In this document: in pieces, positions 48,313 to 58,396 of the stretch
Position numbering within the stretch: position 1 is the stretch's first letter
How the letters are laid out: each line of letters begins with the position of its first letter
IMG/VR virus record: IMGVR_UViG_3300030103_005758
DNA: 64,000 nt
Reading direction: 5' to 3' (one strand)
DNA from: an uncultured virus (IMG/VR IMGVR_UViG_3300030103_005758)
Taxonomy: Duplodnaviria > Heunggongvirae > Uroviricota > Caudoviricetes
The notes under the pieces: model-generated
What the model was told of the DNA's origin: nothing
The model's input: the letters and a program-made list of their open reading frames with translations, nothing else
Database searches by the model: none
Program-made: the position numbers and the translations under genes

Positions 48313-49366
48313 TATTCTAGGAGTTACTCCTGGTCATAATGGTTCTATAGCTTTAGTTTCAAACGGAAAATTAGTTTTTTATTTAGAAGAAGAAAGATTA
48401 TCTAAGGTAAAAAAAGATGCTAATCCATTAAAGACACTTTATTTTTCATTACAAAAATATAAGATAGATGAAGTAGTATTATGTGGTGCCGGACGTCAAT
48501 CACCAAACTTAGTCCGTAAAGGAGAGGATTTATATTATTCTATATCTAGAAAATTTTATCCTAAAGTAAAATTCACTAGTTATGAAGATCATCATCATCT
48601 AACACATGCAGCTTCTTCATTTTATACTTCTGGTTTTCAAAAATCTTTAGGAGTAGTAATTGATGCCCAAGGATCCAATTTTAATTATAAAGGAGAAAAA
48701 ATATTTGAAAATGATTCTTTATTTTATTGTGAATATCCTAATAATATTAATCCAATCCATAAAATATATCTTTCTGATTCTATTAGTCATTCAACTAAAC
48801 AAGAAAAAATTACACCCTTTTTTTCAACAGCAAAGGTTTATGAAGCAGTAAGTGAATATTTAAATTTTCATGAAGAAGAGGGTAAAACTATGGGTTTATC
48901 TTCTTATGGTAAGTCTAATTCTTTTATTTTAGATTTTTTAAAGGATGGAATAATAAACCCTAAATATTATACACATGAAAAAACTTATGGTTCTATATAC
49001 CCAAAAATGAAGTTCCCTAAAAATATCCCTCCTAAAGATATAGCATGGGAAATTCAAAATAAATCCCAACAAATAGTAGGTGATTATATAGAAAAAGGAA
49101 TTAAAGAAACAGGATTAAAACAAGTTTGTTGCGCTGGAGGTTATTTTTTAAACTGTGTATCAAACTATTATTTAAAAAAAAGATTTCCTGATATAGATTT
49201 CTATTTTGATCCAATATCCCATGATGGTGGAACCTCAATTGGAGCAGCTTTATATAGATGGTACAACCACTCTCAGGATAAGAGTATAAGACCTAGAAAA
49301 AATTTGTATAATGGTTTTAAATATTCTAAAAAAGAATTAAAAAAAATAATTAAAAAATATTTATAA
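48302..49366 (+). CDS. NodU/CmcH carbamoyltransferase, N-terminal domain only
   Basis: 'GHNGS', 'EEERLSK.K', 'HHLTHA', 'GKTMGLSSYG', 'GGYFLNCV', 'DGG'. Confidence 0.85.
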   Translation: MGYNILGVTPGHNGSIALVSNGKLVFYLEEERLSKVKKDANPLKTLYFSLQKYKIDEVVLCGAGRQSPNLVRKGEDLYYSISRKFYPKVKFTSYEDHHHLTHAASSFYTSGFQKSLGVVIDAQGSNFNYKGEKIFENDSLFYCEYPNNINPIHKIYLSDSISHSTKQEKITPFFSTAKVYEAVSEYLNFHEEEGKTMGLSSYGKSNSFILDFLKDGIINPKYYTHEKTYGSIYPKMKFPKNIPPKDIAWEIQNKSQQIVGDYIEKGIKETGLKQVCCAGGYFLNCVSNYYLKKRFPDIDFYFDPISHDGGTSIGAALYRWYNHSQDKSIRPRKNLYNGFKYSKKELKKIIKKYL

Positions 49367-49368
49367 TT

Positions 49369-49755
49369 ATGAAAGACTTTAATTCAAAAGATAAATCTAA
49401 AGGGTTAGGAGATACAATAGCAAAAATTACTAATGCTACTGGTTTAGATAAAATAGCCGATGCTGTAGCTAAAGCAGCAGGCGCCGAAGATTGTGGTTGT
49501 AATAAAAGGAGAAAAACATTAAATGAACTTTTTCCTTACACTAAAAAAACAGAAATTAAAAAACCACATATTAATACTAAACCTTTAGATAAAATTACTG
49601 GAAAATATGAGGTTATTCAAAAAATTCATTGTACCTTACCAGAATTAGGAAGGATAACTTTTAATAAAGGTTCTGTTTTATTAATAGATAAAAAACACCC
49701 TTTATATAAAGATATTTCTTTTTACTATAAAAAAAATATTATTAAAAAAATATAA
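49369..49755 (+). CDS. Hypothetical protein with GLGDTI...CGC..R motif
   Basis: Intact ORF. Confidence 0.65.
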   Translation: MKDFNSKDKSKGLGDTIAKITNATGLDKIADAVAKAAGAEDCGCNKRRKTLNELFPYTKKTEIKKPHINTKPLDKITGKYEVIQKIHCTLPELGRITFNKGSVLLIDKKHPLYKDISFYYKKNIIKKI

Positions 49756-51495
49756 ATGGCATATAATATTCTAGGAATTAATCCTGGCCATAATGGTTCT
49801 GCCGCCGTAATTTCAGATGGTAAGTTAGTTTATTATTTAGAAGAAGAAAGATTAACAAAAGAAAAAAGAGATGGAAATCCTTTTAAAACTATAATCGATA
49901 TTTGTTCTAAGTTTTCTATTAACGAACTAATAATAGGGGGAACAAACACCCCAGCTGAAAGGTCAACTTTATCTTATACTAAAGAAAATCCCTATTTTTC
50001 TCTTGTAAGAAAATTAAATTTAGGAATAGAAGACTATACAAATTTATCCAGCAGCCACCATTTATTGCATGCTTTTAGTAGCTTACATAATTCCCCATTT
50101 CAATCTGCTGCTGTTATAGTAGTAGATGGATGTGGGTCTTGGCTACACTATAATGATATTGCTCCTTTTTCTTCACTTGCAATAGAAGAAGGTAAAAATA
50201 ATAATGTTCATGAAGCTGAAAGTATATATGAGATAAATACAAATAAATTTCCAATTGAAGAGGGGATAGAAAAACATTATGTTAATTATATTAGTAATAA
50301 TATTAATGTTGAAACTAAATTTATTAATAGAAATCCTGGAATAGTTAAAGTATATGAAGGTATAACCGATTATTTAGGTTTTCATCCTTTAGATGCAGGA
50401 AAAGTAATGGGTTTATCTTCTTATGGTAAGTCAAATCCAAACATTCCTCCTTTATTTGTAAATCATAAAGGTAATTTAGATATATTTAAACCATCATACC
50501 CAGCAAAATGTGAATTATTAACTAACAACACCCCAGTACTACATGGTAATCAAAAAACCAAAGACTTTCATCATGATAAATCAAAACTTAATATGGTTTA
50601 TGCTGATTTAGCTTATGAAGTACAAACCCAAACAGAAAAAGAAATACATCACTTAATTGAAAAAGCTATAAATTTAACAGGTAATAATAATATTTGTATT
50701 ACTGGAGGGTATGGGTTAAATTGTGTAGCTAATTATAACATGAAAAAAAAATTCCCTAAGATAAACTTTTTTCATGATCCTGTATCTTTTGATGGGGGAA
50801 TATCAATAGGTGCAGCATACTTAGGATGGTTAATAAAAAAAGAGAAAAACGATAAATCAAAATCATTTTCACTTTATTTAGGCCCTAAATATTCTTTAAA
50901 AAAATATAAAAAACAAATTAAAAATTATTCAAAAATGTTTAACACTTATAAAGTAAATTATAAAGATGTAGCTAAAATAATTTCAGAAAGAAATATAGTT
51001 ACAATATTCCAAGGCAGATCAGAGGCTGGTCCTCGTGCTTTAGGAAATAGGTCCATTTTATACGATCCAACAGACCCTAATGGTAAGGATTTTGTAAATA
51101 AAGTTAAAAAAAGAGAATGGTTTAGACCATTTGCTGGTACTGTTTTATTAGAAAAAGCTAATGAATATTTTGATATGGCTGGTTTAAAAGAATCTCCGTT
51201 TATGATGTATGCAATGGATGTTTGGCCTGATAAACAAGATAAAATTCCTTGTATTACCCACGTAGATGGTACTTGTAGAATCCAAACATTAACCGAAGAA
51301 CAAAATCCACATTATTATAAATTAATTCAAGAATTTGAAAAAATAACAGGTGTACCTATTTTATTTAATACTTCATTTAATTTAGCAGGTGATCCACTTG
51401 TAGAGACAATTGAAGATGCATTAGAAACAATGCTTAAAAGTGAAATGAAATATATGTATGTTCCTGAATTAGAAATGCTTTTAGAGAAAAAATAA
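49756..51495 (+). CDS. Full-length NodU/CmcH carbamoyltransferase
   Basis: N domain as above plus C domain 'GRSEAGPRALGNRS', 'KKREWFRPFA', 'THVDGTCR.QT', 'NTSFN'. Confidence 0.93.
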   Translation: MAYNILGINPGHNGSAAVISDGKLVYYLEEERLTKEKRDGNPFKTIIDICSKFSINELIIGGTNTPAERSTLSYTKENPYFSLVRKLNLGIEDYTNLSSSHHLLHAFSSLHNSPFQSAAVIVVDGCGSWLHYNDIAPFSSLAIEEGKNNNVHEAESIYEINTNKFPIEEGIEKHYVNYISNNINVETKFINRNPGIVKVYEGITDYLGFHPLDAGKVMGLSSYGKSNPNIPPLFVNHKGNLDIFKPSYPAKCELLTNNTPVLHGNQKTKDFHHDKSKLNMVYADLAYEVQTQTEKEIHHLIEKAINLTGNNNICITGGYGLNCVANYNMKKKFPKINFFHDPVSFDGGISIGAAYLGWLIKKEKNDKSKSFSLYLGPKYSLKKYKKQIKNYSKMFNTYKVNYKDVAKIISERNIVTIFQGRSEAGPRALGNRSILYDPTDPNGKDFVNKVKKREWFRPFAGTVLLEKANEYFDMAGLKESPFMMYAMDVWPDKQDKIPCITHVDGTCRIQTLTEEQNPHYYKLIQEFEKITGVPILFNTSFNLAGDPLVETIEDALETMLKSEMKYMYVPELEMLLEKK

Positions 51496-51499
51496 AATT

Positions 51500-52696
51500 A
51501 TGAAAATATTAGGATTTAATCCTTCTCATCATAGCTCTACTTGTATAGTAAATAATGGTGAAATAGAATACTTCATCCAAGAAGAAAGAATAAATAAAAT
51601 GAAATATGTTTCTTTCCCAATGGAATCTTTTATAGAACTCCTAAAAAACAGAACCCCAGATGTAGTATGTTTCGCTGGTGCTAGTATATCTTTTCCACTT
51701 TGTGGCCAATCAGATGACAACCTTTGGCATGTAATAACTGATATTTACTTAAAAGAAAATTATGAATTTTTTGATTTTTCTTTTAGTTATGATCAAAAGA
51801 ATAAACCTAATGATGGAGGATTCCATCATATTGCACATGCTTCTAGTGCTTTTTATAATTCGGGTTTTAAAGAAGCTTTATGTTTAGTAGCAGATGGATT
51901 AGGATCTATTATTTTAAATAGTGGTACTGAAACTGAAACTCTTTTTAAATTTTCATATCCATCTTTTTTTGAAATACTACATAAAAAACTATATATGGAC
52001 AACTTTCCTAAACATGTATCAGAATCTCTCCCAGATAATATGACAATAACAACAAAAGTAAACCTAAGTAGAGTTTATGAAACTGTAACAATGTGGTTAG
52101 GGTTTAGTAGGAATGATGCTGGTAAAACTATGGGTTTATCTTCTTATGGAAAATATAATAAAAATATTCCTAATTTTTTAGATAAAGAAGGAGATGGAGA
52201 CCCCAATGTAATTATTGTTGACCGTGATAGAAAAGGAGAATATGAAATTGAAAAAGGATATCAGTGTACTTTTATAGATAAAGAAAAGAATCCTTATTTA
52301 AAAAACCAAGATGCAACAAAATGGCACCATAATAAATCAAATATAACAGACTTAGAAAAAGACGTAGCTTGGAAAGTTCAAGATGAAACACAAAAAAGAA
52401 TAGGTGATATAATAGAAAAAGGAATTAAAGAAACAGGATTAAAACAAGTTTGTTGTAGTGGGGGTTATTTTTTAAATTGTGTTGCAAACTATTATCTTGT
52501 AAAAAGATTTCCTGATATAGATTTTTATTTTGACCCAATAGCTAATGATGCTGGTACAGCTATGGGAATAGCTCAATTAGTTTATCATCACAAAACTAGA
52601 GATACTACTATAAGACCTTTAAAATCTTTATATTTAGGTCCAAAATATCCAAAAGAAGAACTATTAAAAGAAATTAAAAAATATGTGGATAACTAA
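51500..52696 (+). CDS. NodU/CmcH carbamoyltransferase, N-terminal domain only
   Basis: 'QEERINK.K', 'HHIAHA', 'DGLG', 'GKTMGLSSYG', 'GGYFLNCV', 'DAG'. Confidence 0.85.
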   Translation: MKILGFNPSHHSSTCIVNNGEIEYFIQEERINKMKYVSFPMESFIELLKNRTPDVVCFAGASISFPLCGQSDDNLWHVITDIYLKENYEFFDFSFSYDQKNKPNDGGFHHIAHASSAFYNSGFKEALCLVADGLGSIILNSGTETETLFKFSYPSFFEILHKKLYMDNFPKHVSESLPDNMTITTKVNLSRVYETVTMWLGFSRNDAGKTMGLSSYGKYNKNIPNFLDKEGDGDPNVIIVDRDRKGEYEIEKGYQCTFIDKEKNPYLKNQDATKWHHNKSNITDLEKDVAWKVQDETQKRIGDIIEKGIKETGLKQVCCSGGYFLNCVANYYLVKRFPDIDFYFDPIANDAGTAMGIAQLVYHHKTRDTTIRPLKSLYLGPKYPKEELLKEIKKYVDN

Positions 52697-52719
52697 TTTA
52701 AAAATATTATATTATCAAT

Positions 52720-53223
52720 ATGAAAAAATCAAACGTACCTTTTGTAAATGAAGTAGAAGATTTTAATAATTTAATGTCTAAACCAAATAATTATACACCT
52801 ACTATTCCTGAAAAAAAAGAATGGCAATTTGTATATGACTTTGTTTTAGAAGAATTAGAAGAATATAAAGAAGCATGTGAAAAGGGAGACATTGTAGAAA
52901 TATTAGATGCTTTATGTGATATAGCTTATGTATCTTTAGGAAATGGTACTATGCTTCATGGCCTAAAAGATAAAATATGGCCAGCTTATCAGGAAGTTCA
53001 GGCATCAAATATGTCAAAGGCATGTAAAACTGTAAACGAAGCTATTGAAACTACTCTTAAAAGATCTGAGGAACAAGGGGAACCTTGTCATTGGGAACAA
53101 GTAGGCGATATGTATATTGTGTATAGAACACGTGATCGTAAAGTAATGAAATCACTTACTTACTTTAGACCCGATCTAAAACAATTCTTTACCGATGAAG
53201 AAATTACTAACAGTACTAAGTAA
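52720..53223 (+). CDS. MazG-like nucleotide pyrophosphohydrolase
   Basis: 'EELEEY...EILDALCDIAYV', 'EV..SNMSK', 'KVMK'. Confidence 0.85.
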   Translation: MKKSNVPFVNEVEDFNNLMSKPNNYTPTIPEKKEWQFVYDFVLEELEEYKEACEKGDIVEILDALCDIAYVSLGNGTMLHGLKDKIWPAYQEVQASNMSKACKTVNEAIETTLKRSEEQGEPCHWEQVGDMYIVYRTRDRKVMKSLTYFRPDLKQFFTDEEITNSTK

Positions 53224-54505
53224 AGGAACCCTCCCCTTTATTATTGCATTCTCTGCCCTGTCAGTTAGTGCTTCAGCCGCTTTCTATTCAGTTAGCGGTT
53301 TAAGTAAACTATTTGCTGGGGCTTCATTTGAAGTAATTATTATGGCTGGTTCATTAGAAGTAGCTAAATTAGTTACTGCCTCATTATTATATCAATATTG
53401 GGACAAGATAAATAAAATTCTTAGAACCTATTTAATTATAGCAACTATTATACTTGTATTAGTAACTAGTATGGGTATTTATGGTTTTTTAAGTGCTGCT
53501 TATCAGGAGACATACCAAAAATTATCTATTAATGAAAATAGAATAGAATTTTTAGACCAAAAAAGAGAATTTTACCAACAAGATGTAACTAGATATGATG
53601 ATGAGTTAGCAAGAATATCTGGAAATATCTCAACTCTATCTAATGCTAGAGCAACCTCAATCCAAGTTAGAGATACTACTTCATCTACAGGGGTTAGAAA
53701 TACTATTTCAACTGCCGAGCTAAGATTAGCTCAAAGTAGAATAGAAGTTGAAGAAAAAAATAGAAATGATGTTCAAGCTAGAAGAGAAATAGCAGCTGAT
53801 AGTTTGCAAAAATATCAACTTGAAATATTAGACCTAGAAAATGATACCGAAATAACAGGTGAGTTAGGTCCATTACAATATCTATCAGGTTTAACTGGTA
53901 CCCCAATGGATAAAATAATTAACTGGTTATTATTAGTAATTATTTTTGTATTTGACCCATTAGCTATATCTTTAGTAGTTGCTGCTAACTTTGCGTTTGC
54001 TCAGGCTTTTCCTAAAAAAGAAGAAGATTTAATTTTAGATTTACCTGATTTTGATCCTTTTCCTAGTGATTCGGAAGCAGAACTTTATCCCGAAGAAGAA
54101 GAAGAAAAAAAAGTAAATATAAATGATTGGGATATAGAAGAAGCAGAAAAAAGAATGGATATTATAGGTCAAAATGGTAATGAAGGATTACATTATGATG
54201 ATACGGAAATAAAAGAATATATTGCAACTGCAGAAGATAAAATTATGGCTGCTACTAAATCTATTATTGAAAAACAAAAAATAGAAGATAATAAATTAAA
54301 AGATAAATTGGATGCTGCTAATAAAGAAATAAATGAATTAGATAGATCTAGTTTAAAAATAATTGATTCTATAAAACATATTAATGATTATTTAAAAATT
54401 CATGCACCTTATTATGATAATCAAGGAATAGCTCTTGATAATATAAAACTTGGCTTTGCCGAAGAGGATGATTATATTGACGATGATAATAGTAAAATAT
54501 ATTAA
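53195..54505 (+). CDS. Membrane-anchored coiled-coil protein
   Basis: N-terminal TMs 'AAFYSV.GL', 'LE..KLV', 'SMGIYGFLS'; coiled coil; 'IFVFDPLA'. Confidence 0.7.
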   Translation: MKKLLTVLSKGTLPFIIAFSALSVSASAAFYSVSGLSKLFAGASFEVIIMAGSLEVAKLVTASLLYQYWDKINKILRTYLIIATIILVLVTSMGIYGFLSAAYQETYQKLSINENRIEFLDQKREFYQQDVTRYDDELARISGNISTLSNARATSIQVRDTTSSTGVRNTISTAELRLAQSRIEVEEKNRNDVQARREIAADSLQKYQLEILDLENDTEITGELGPLQYLSGLTGTPMDKIINWLLLVIIFVFDPLAISLVVAANFAFAQAFPKKEEDLILDLPDFDPFPSDSEAELYPEEEEEKKVNINDWDIEEAEKRMDIIGQNGNEGLHYDDTEIKEYIATAEDKIMAATKSIIEKQKIEDNKLKDKLDAANKEINELDRSSLKIIDSIKHINDYLKIHAPYYDNQGIALDNIKLGFAEEDDYIDDDNSKIY

Positions 54506-54507
54506 AA

Positions 54508-55098
54508 ATGATTGGTTTTCCTGAGTTTCAATTTACAAAACCTACATATATTCATCAAGAAGAAAATTTTTTTACTGGTGAAGAAGTAGATAAAATATTA
54601 AATGATTTAAAAGATGTATCTTATGAAAGGGGTGCAACAGGTGATTTTAATTCAAATAAAGATTCTTTATCACTTCAGATACGAAAAAGTAATATAAAGT
54701 GGATTCCACATGAAGAAAAATTTCATTGGTTATATGATAAACTATCAGCCCAAATTCATTTAATAAATTCTTTTACTTGGAAATTTAATCTTAATAATAG
54801 TTTTGAACACATTCAATACACTGAATATGATTCAAAAGAAAAAGGACAATATAATTGGCATGTAGATGTAGGAGAAGGAATGTCTTGTTTTAGAAAAATT
54901 TCAATTTCAATTCAACTTTCAAATGCTAGTGAATATGATGGGGGAGAATTTAGAATTTTTAACCAAAAAGGTCCAAGTCCTAAATCTAGAGGAACTGCAA
55001 TTATTTTTCCTTCTTTTATTCCCCATAAAGTTACACCCGTAACTAGAGGAAATAGGAAATCTTTAGTATTGTGGGTTGGTGGTAGTCCTTATAAATAA
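54508..55098 (+). CDS. 2OG-Fe(II) oxygenase (PKHD/prolyl hydroxylase-like)
   Basis: 'WHVD', 'RKISISIQL', 'Y.GGE', 'FPSF.PH.V.PVTRG.RKSLV.W'. Confidence 0.9.
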   Translation: MIGFPEFQFTKPTYIHQEENFFTGEEVDKILNDLKDVSYERGATGDFNSNKDSLSLQIRKSNIKWIPHEEKFHWLYDKLSAQIHLINSFTWKFNLNNSFEHIQYTEYDSKEKGQYNWHVDVGEGMSCFRKISISIQLSNASEYDGGEFRIFNQKGPSPKSRGTAIIFPSFIPHKVTPVTRGNRKSLVLWVGGSPYK

Positions 55099-55101
55099 TT
55101 T

Positions 55102-56838
55102 ATGTATAAAAAAATATACGAGCAAGGTAGAGGAGAAAATAAACATTTAATACATCTTTGGACAGACGAGGGTTACGAAAAGATTGAATGGAACAACTAT
55201 GCTTATAAAGAATGTTCGCCTAATGATGCAGAATTTAAAGGTTTGAAAGGTGAACCACTTCGTAAAACACACACTTGGGATAGAAAAACCCCTAAACTCC
55301 ACTTTAGTGATATCTCAGCTCACCAAAAATTCCTTATAGAAAAATATGGTATTGACGATGAACCTTCTACTTCACATAAGGAGGTTTTTTTTGATATCGA
55401 GTGTGAGATGGGAGGAGCATTGACAGAAGAATATATTTCTAATGCACCTAAGCCAATTACTTCTATTGCTTGGTATGATAAACAAGCAGATTGGTGGTCA
55501 ATCGTTATTTTAGATAAAAAAGGTCAATTAAAACATACTAAAACTAAAAATAAAGAAATTATACCTTTACCACATGAGGCAGATCTATTAGATACATTTT
55601 TAAATAAAATGGAAGAAATTCAACCAGATATGTTAATTGGGTATAATAGTGACTATTTTGATATTCCTTATTTATACTATAGAATGTGTAATGTGTTGGG
55701 AGAAACAGATGCAAAAAGATTATCCCCTATAGGAATAGTTAAATACAAAAAGAATAATCAATATTGGTATAAAAAAGACCAATTTGTAGATATAGCAGGT
55801 GTTGAATCTCTTGATTATATGAGATTACATAAAAAATATAGTTGGGAGGATGAACCAAGTTGGAAGTTAGATTCTATTGGAGAAAAATATGCTGGTATAA
55901 ATAAAATTGAATATGATGGTTCTTTAGATAGATTATTTGAAGAGGATATACATAAATTTATTCAATATAACTTTGTTGATGTTGAAATATTAGTTGAATT
56001 AGATAAAAAATTACAATATATAGCTTTAACAAAAAATTTAGCCCATAAAGGTAAAGTAAAATATAGTGAAGTGTATGCTTCATCTAAAATCCATGATGGT
56101 GCTATCTCAGCTTACCTATTATCTCAGGGAATAATACCCCCAGGACGCCCTAAGGGGGAAAGTAAATTAAATTATGCTGGTGGTTACTTATTTTGCCCTA
56201 AAGCAGGGTTATACAAATATATGTTTGATGAAGATTTAACATCACTATATCCTTCTATTATAATGACTTTAAATATAGGTAGAGAAACTATTACAGATAC
56301 ATTACCCGAAAAATTAGAAGATTTTGGTCCTTATGGTGGTAAATCTGATCGAAATAACTATCTAGGTTTAGGTGATTTAAAAGAAATGGATCCAGATGAT
56401 GAAATTAGAGTTATGGATCCTAATGAAAATATTCAAAACACAACTGTAGGTAAAGTAATTGAAGTAATAGAAAAGAATAATTTTTCAATAGCGGCAAATG
56501 GAACCTTTTTTAGAACTGATAAACAATCAGTATTATCTACTATTTTAAATAAATGGTTTGATGAAAGGGTCATTTATAAAAATAGAATGAAGCACTGTTA
56601 CCAAAAGGGTGATAATGAAGGTGGTGCTAAAAATCATTTACTACAATATACAATGAAAATTTTACTGAATTCTTTATATGGAGCTACTGCCTTACCATCA
56701 TTTAGATATGGTTTACCAAAATCTATACTAAGTGAAGCAATTACATTATCAGGGTGGAGAATCATACAAGAATCTGCATTAGTTGCTAATACACATATGA
56801 ATAAAGTTTTAAGGAATGAAATAAAGTTAGCATTATAA
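55102..56838 (+). CDS. Family-B DNA polymerase, N-terminal part (3'-5' exonuclease, motifs A and B)
   Basis: 'FFDIE', 'GYNSDYFDIPY', 'YNFVDV', 'DLTSLYPSII', 'KILLNSLYG'; no DTDS motif. Confidence 0.9.
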   Translation: MYKKIYEQGRGENKHLIHLWTDEGYEKIEWNNYAYKECSPNDAEFKGLKGEPLRKTHTWDRKTPKLHFSDISAHQKFLIEKYGIDDEPSTSHKEVFFDIECEMGGALTEEYISNAPKPITSIAWYDKQADWWSIVILDKKGQLKHTKTKNKEIIPLPHEADLLDTFLNKMEEIQPDMLIGYNSDYFDIPYLYYRMCNVLGETDAKRLSPIGIVKYKKNNQYWYKKDQFVDIAGVESLDYMRLHKKYSWEDEPSWKLDSIGEKYAGINKIEYDGSLDRLFEEDIHKFIQYNFVDVEILVELDKKLQYIALTKNLAHKGKVKYSEVYASSKIHDGAISAYLLSQGIIPPGRPKGESKLNYAGGYLFCPKAGLYKYMFDEDLTSLYPSIIMTLNIGRETITDTLPEKLEDFGPYGGKSDRNNYLGLGDLKEMDPDDEIRVMDPNENIQNTTVGKVIEVIEKNNFSIAANGTFFRTDKQSVLSTILNKWFDERVIYKNRMKHCYQKGDNEGGAKNHLLQYTMKILLNSLYGATALPSFRYGLPKSILSEAITLSGWRIIQESALVANTHMNKVLRNEIKLAL

Positions 56839-56866
56839 TATTTACAATCACAATAATTTTAAAAAT

Positions 56867-58396
56867 ATGAATATATCAATTATAGGAGGAGGTACAGCAG
56901 GTTGGTTATCTGCTCTTCATCTAAATAAAATAAATCCAACAGCTGATATTTCTTTAATTGAATCTAAAGATATAGGAATAGTAGGAGTTGGTGAAGGAGC
57001 AGTTCCTCTTTTTGGGGATATGTTATTAGATCTTAATATAGACATTATTGATTTTGTTAATAGTGTTGACGGTACTTTTAAATTAGGGATTTCTTTTGAA
57101 GGTTGGAAAAATTTAGATCATAAATTTTTATATGGGTTTCCTAATTTTAATAGTAATGATGTAGCTAATTTTGAAAAAACTAAATTTGGTTCACAGAAAT
57201 ATGATATATATCCTATTTTTGCAAATATGATAGCTAATTCTCAAGATTGTAATATAATGCAAAATTCAATTTTAAGTTACTTAAATAAAGTTCCTTTTAC
57301 TTTTGATGAAGAATCTAAAAATGGTATCACCCAAGATGGAATTTCTCACGTATCTTTCCATTTTGATGCCTACAAAGCAGCTCAGTATTTTAGAAAAATT
57401 TCAGAATCTAGAGGTATAAAAAGAATTGAAGGAAAAGTTATTGATTTTAAATCTTCTAAAGACCAAAATATAAAAAGTATTATTACTGAAGATAAAAAAG
57501 AACATAAATGTGATTTTGTTTTTGATTGTACAGGGTTTGCTAAATTAATTATAGGTAAGCACTTTAAATCAAAATGGACTAGCTATAAAAGCCACTTAAC
57601 TACTAATGAAGTTATAAGTTTTAGATTAAAGTATAAAGAAAATGAAGAAGTATTTCCTTATACTAAGTCGATTACAATGAAAAATGGTTGGATGTGGCAG
57701 ATTCCATTACAAAGTAGAATTGGGGCTGGGTATGTTTATGATAATAGATACATTACTGAATCTCAAGCTAAAGAAGAAGTTGAAGAATTTTTAGGTGAAG
57801 AGATAGAAATATTAAAAAAAATTAATTTTGAACCTGGAATTTTTGAAGAGGGATGGATTAAAAATTGTGTATCAATAGGTCTTTCTAGTGCCTTTGTAGA
57901 ACCTTTAGAATCTACTTCTATAATGTTTACTATTTTGCAATTAAGATTTTTTAAAAGTAAAGATTTATTAGAACCAAATGAATTACTTCAAAAAAGATAT
58001 AATAAATATCAAACAAAATCATTTAAATCAATAATTGATTTAATTCAATTACATTATTTGTGTGATAGAAATGATACTAAATTTTGGAAAGATAGAAAAA
58101 AATTACCTATAACAACTCCTTTACAAAAACGTTTAAATGATTTTAAAAAATATCCTCTATCAGATTCAACATTTTTTGATGGTGTATGGGGGGCTTTAGG
58201 GTTTTTTGTAGTAGGATATGAAAGTAGTGTTAAAAATTTTCCTAAAAAACTCTACCAATTTTATAATAAAAAGCATAATTTTGATGGATTATTAAAAAAT
58301 TGGATTAAAGATTATAAACAATATTTTGATAATAAACTACCTAAATACTTTAAACATAAAGATTTATTAGATTATTTTAAAACAATAAAACCATGA
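56867..58396 (+). CDS. Flavin-dependent (tryptophan-type) halogenase
   Basis: 'GGGTAGW', 'GVGE', 'TFKLGI', 'FHFDA', 'DCTGF', 'GWMWQIPL', 'FVEPLEST'. Confidence 0.9.
   Translation: MNISIIGGGTAGWLSALHLNKINPTADISLIESKDIGIVGVGEGAVPLFGDMLLDLNIDIIDFVNSVDGTFKLGISFEGWKNLDHKFLYGFPNFNSNDVANFEKTKFGSQKYDIYPIFANMIANSQDCNIMQNSILSYLNKVPFTFDEESKNGITQDGISHVSFHFDAYKAAQYFRKISESRGIKRIEGKVIDFKSSKDQNIKSIITEDKKEHKCDFVFDCTGFAKLIIGKHFKSKWTSYKSHLTTNEVISFRLKYKENEEVFPYTKSITMKNGWMWQIPLQSRIGAGYVYDNRYITESQAKEEVEEFLGEEIEILKKINFEPGIFEEGWIKNCVSIGLSSAFVEPLESTSIMFTILQLRFFKSKDLLEPNELLQKRYNKYQTKSFKSIIDLIQLHYLCDRNDTKFWKDRKKLPITTPLQKRLNDFKKYPLSDSTFFDGVWGALGFFVVGYESSVKNFPKKLYQFYNKKHNFDGLLKNWIKDYKQYFDNKLPKYFKHKDLLDYFKTIKP

Noticed and set aside
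45104..52696. N-only carbamoyltransferases as pseudogenes
   Set aside because: All three end at the same domain boundary with intact motifs and no downstream C-domain remnants.
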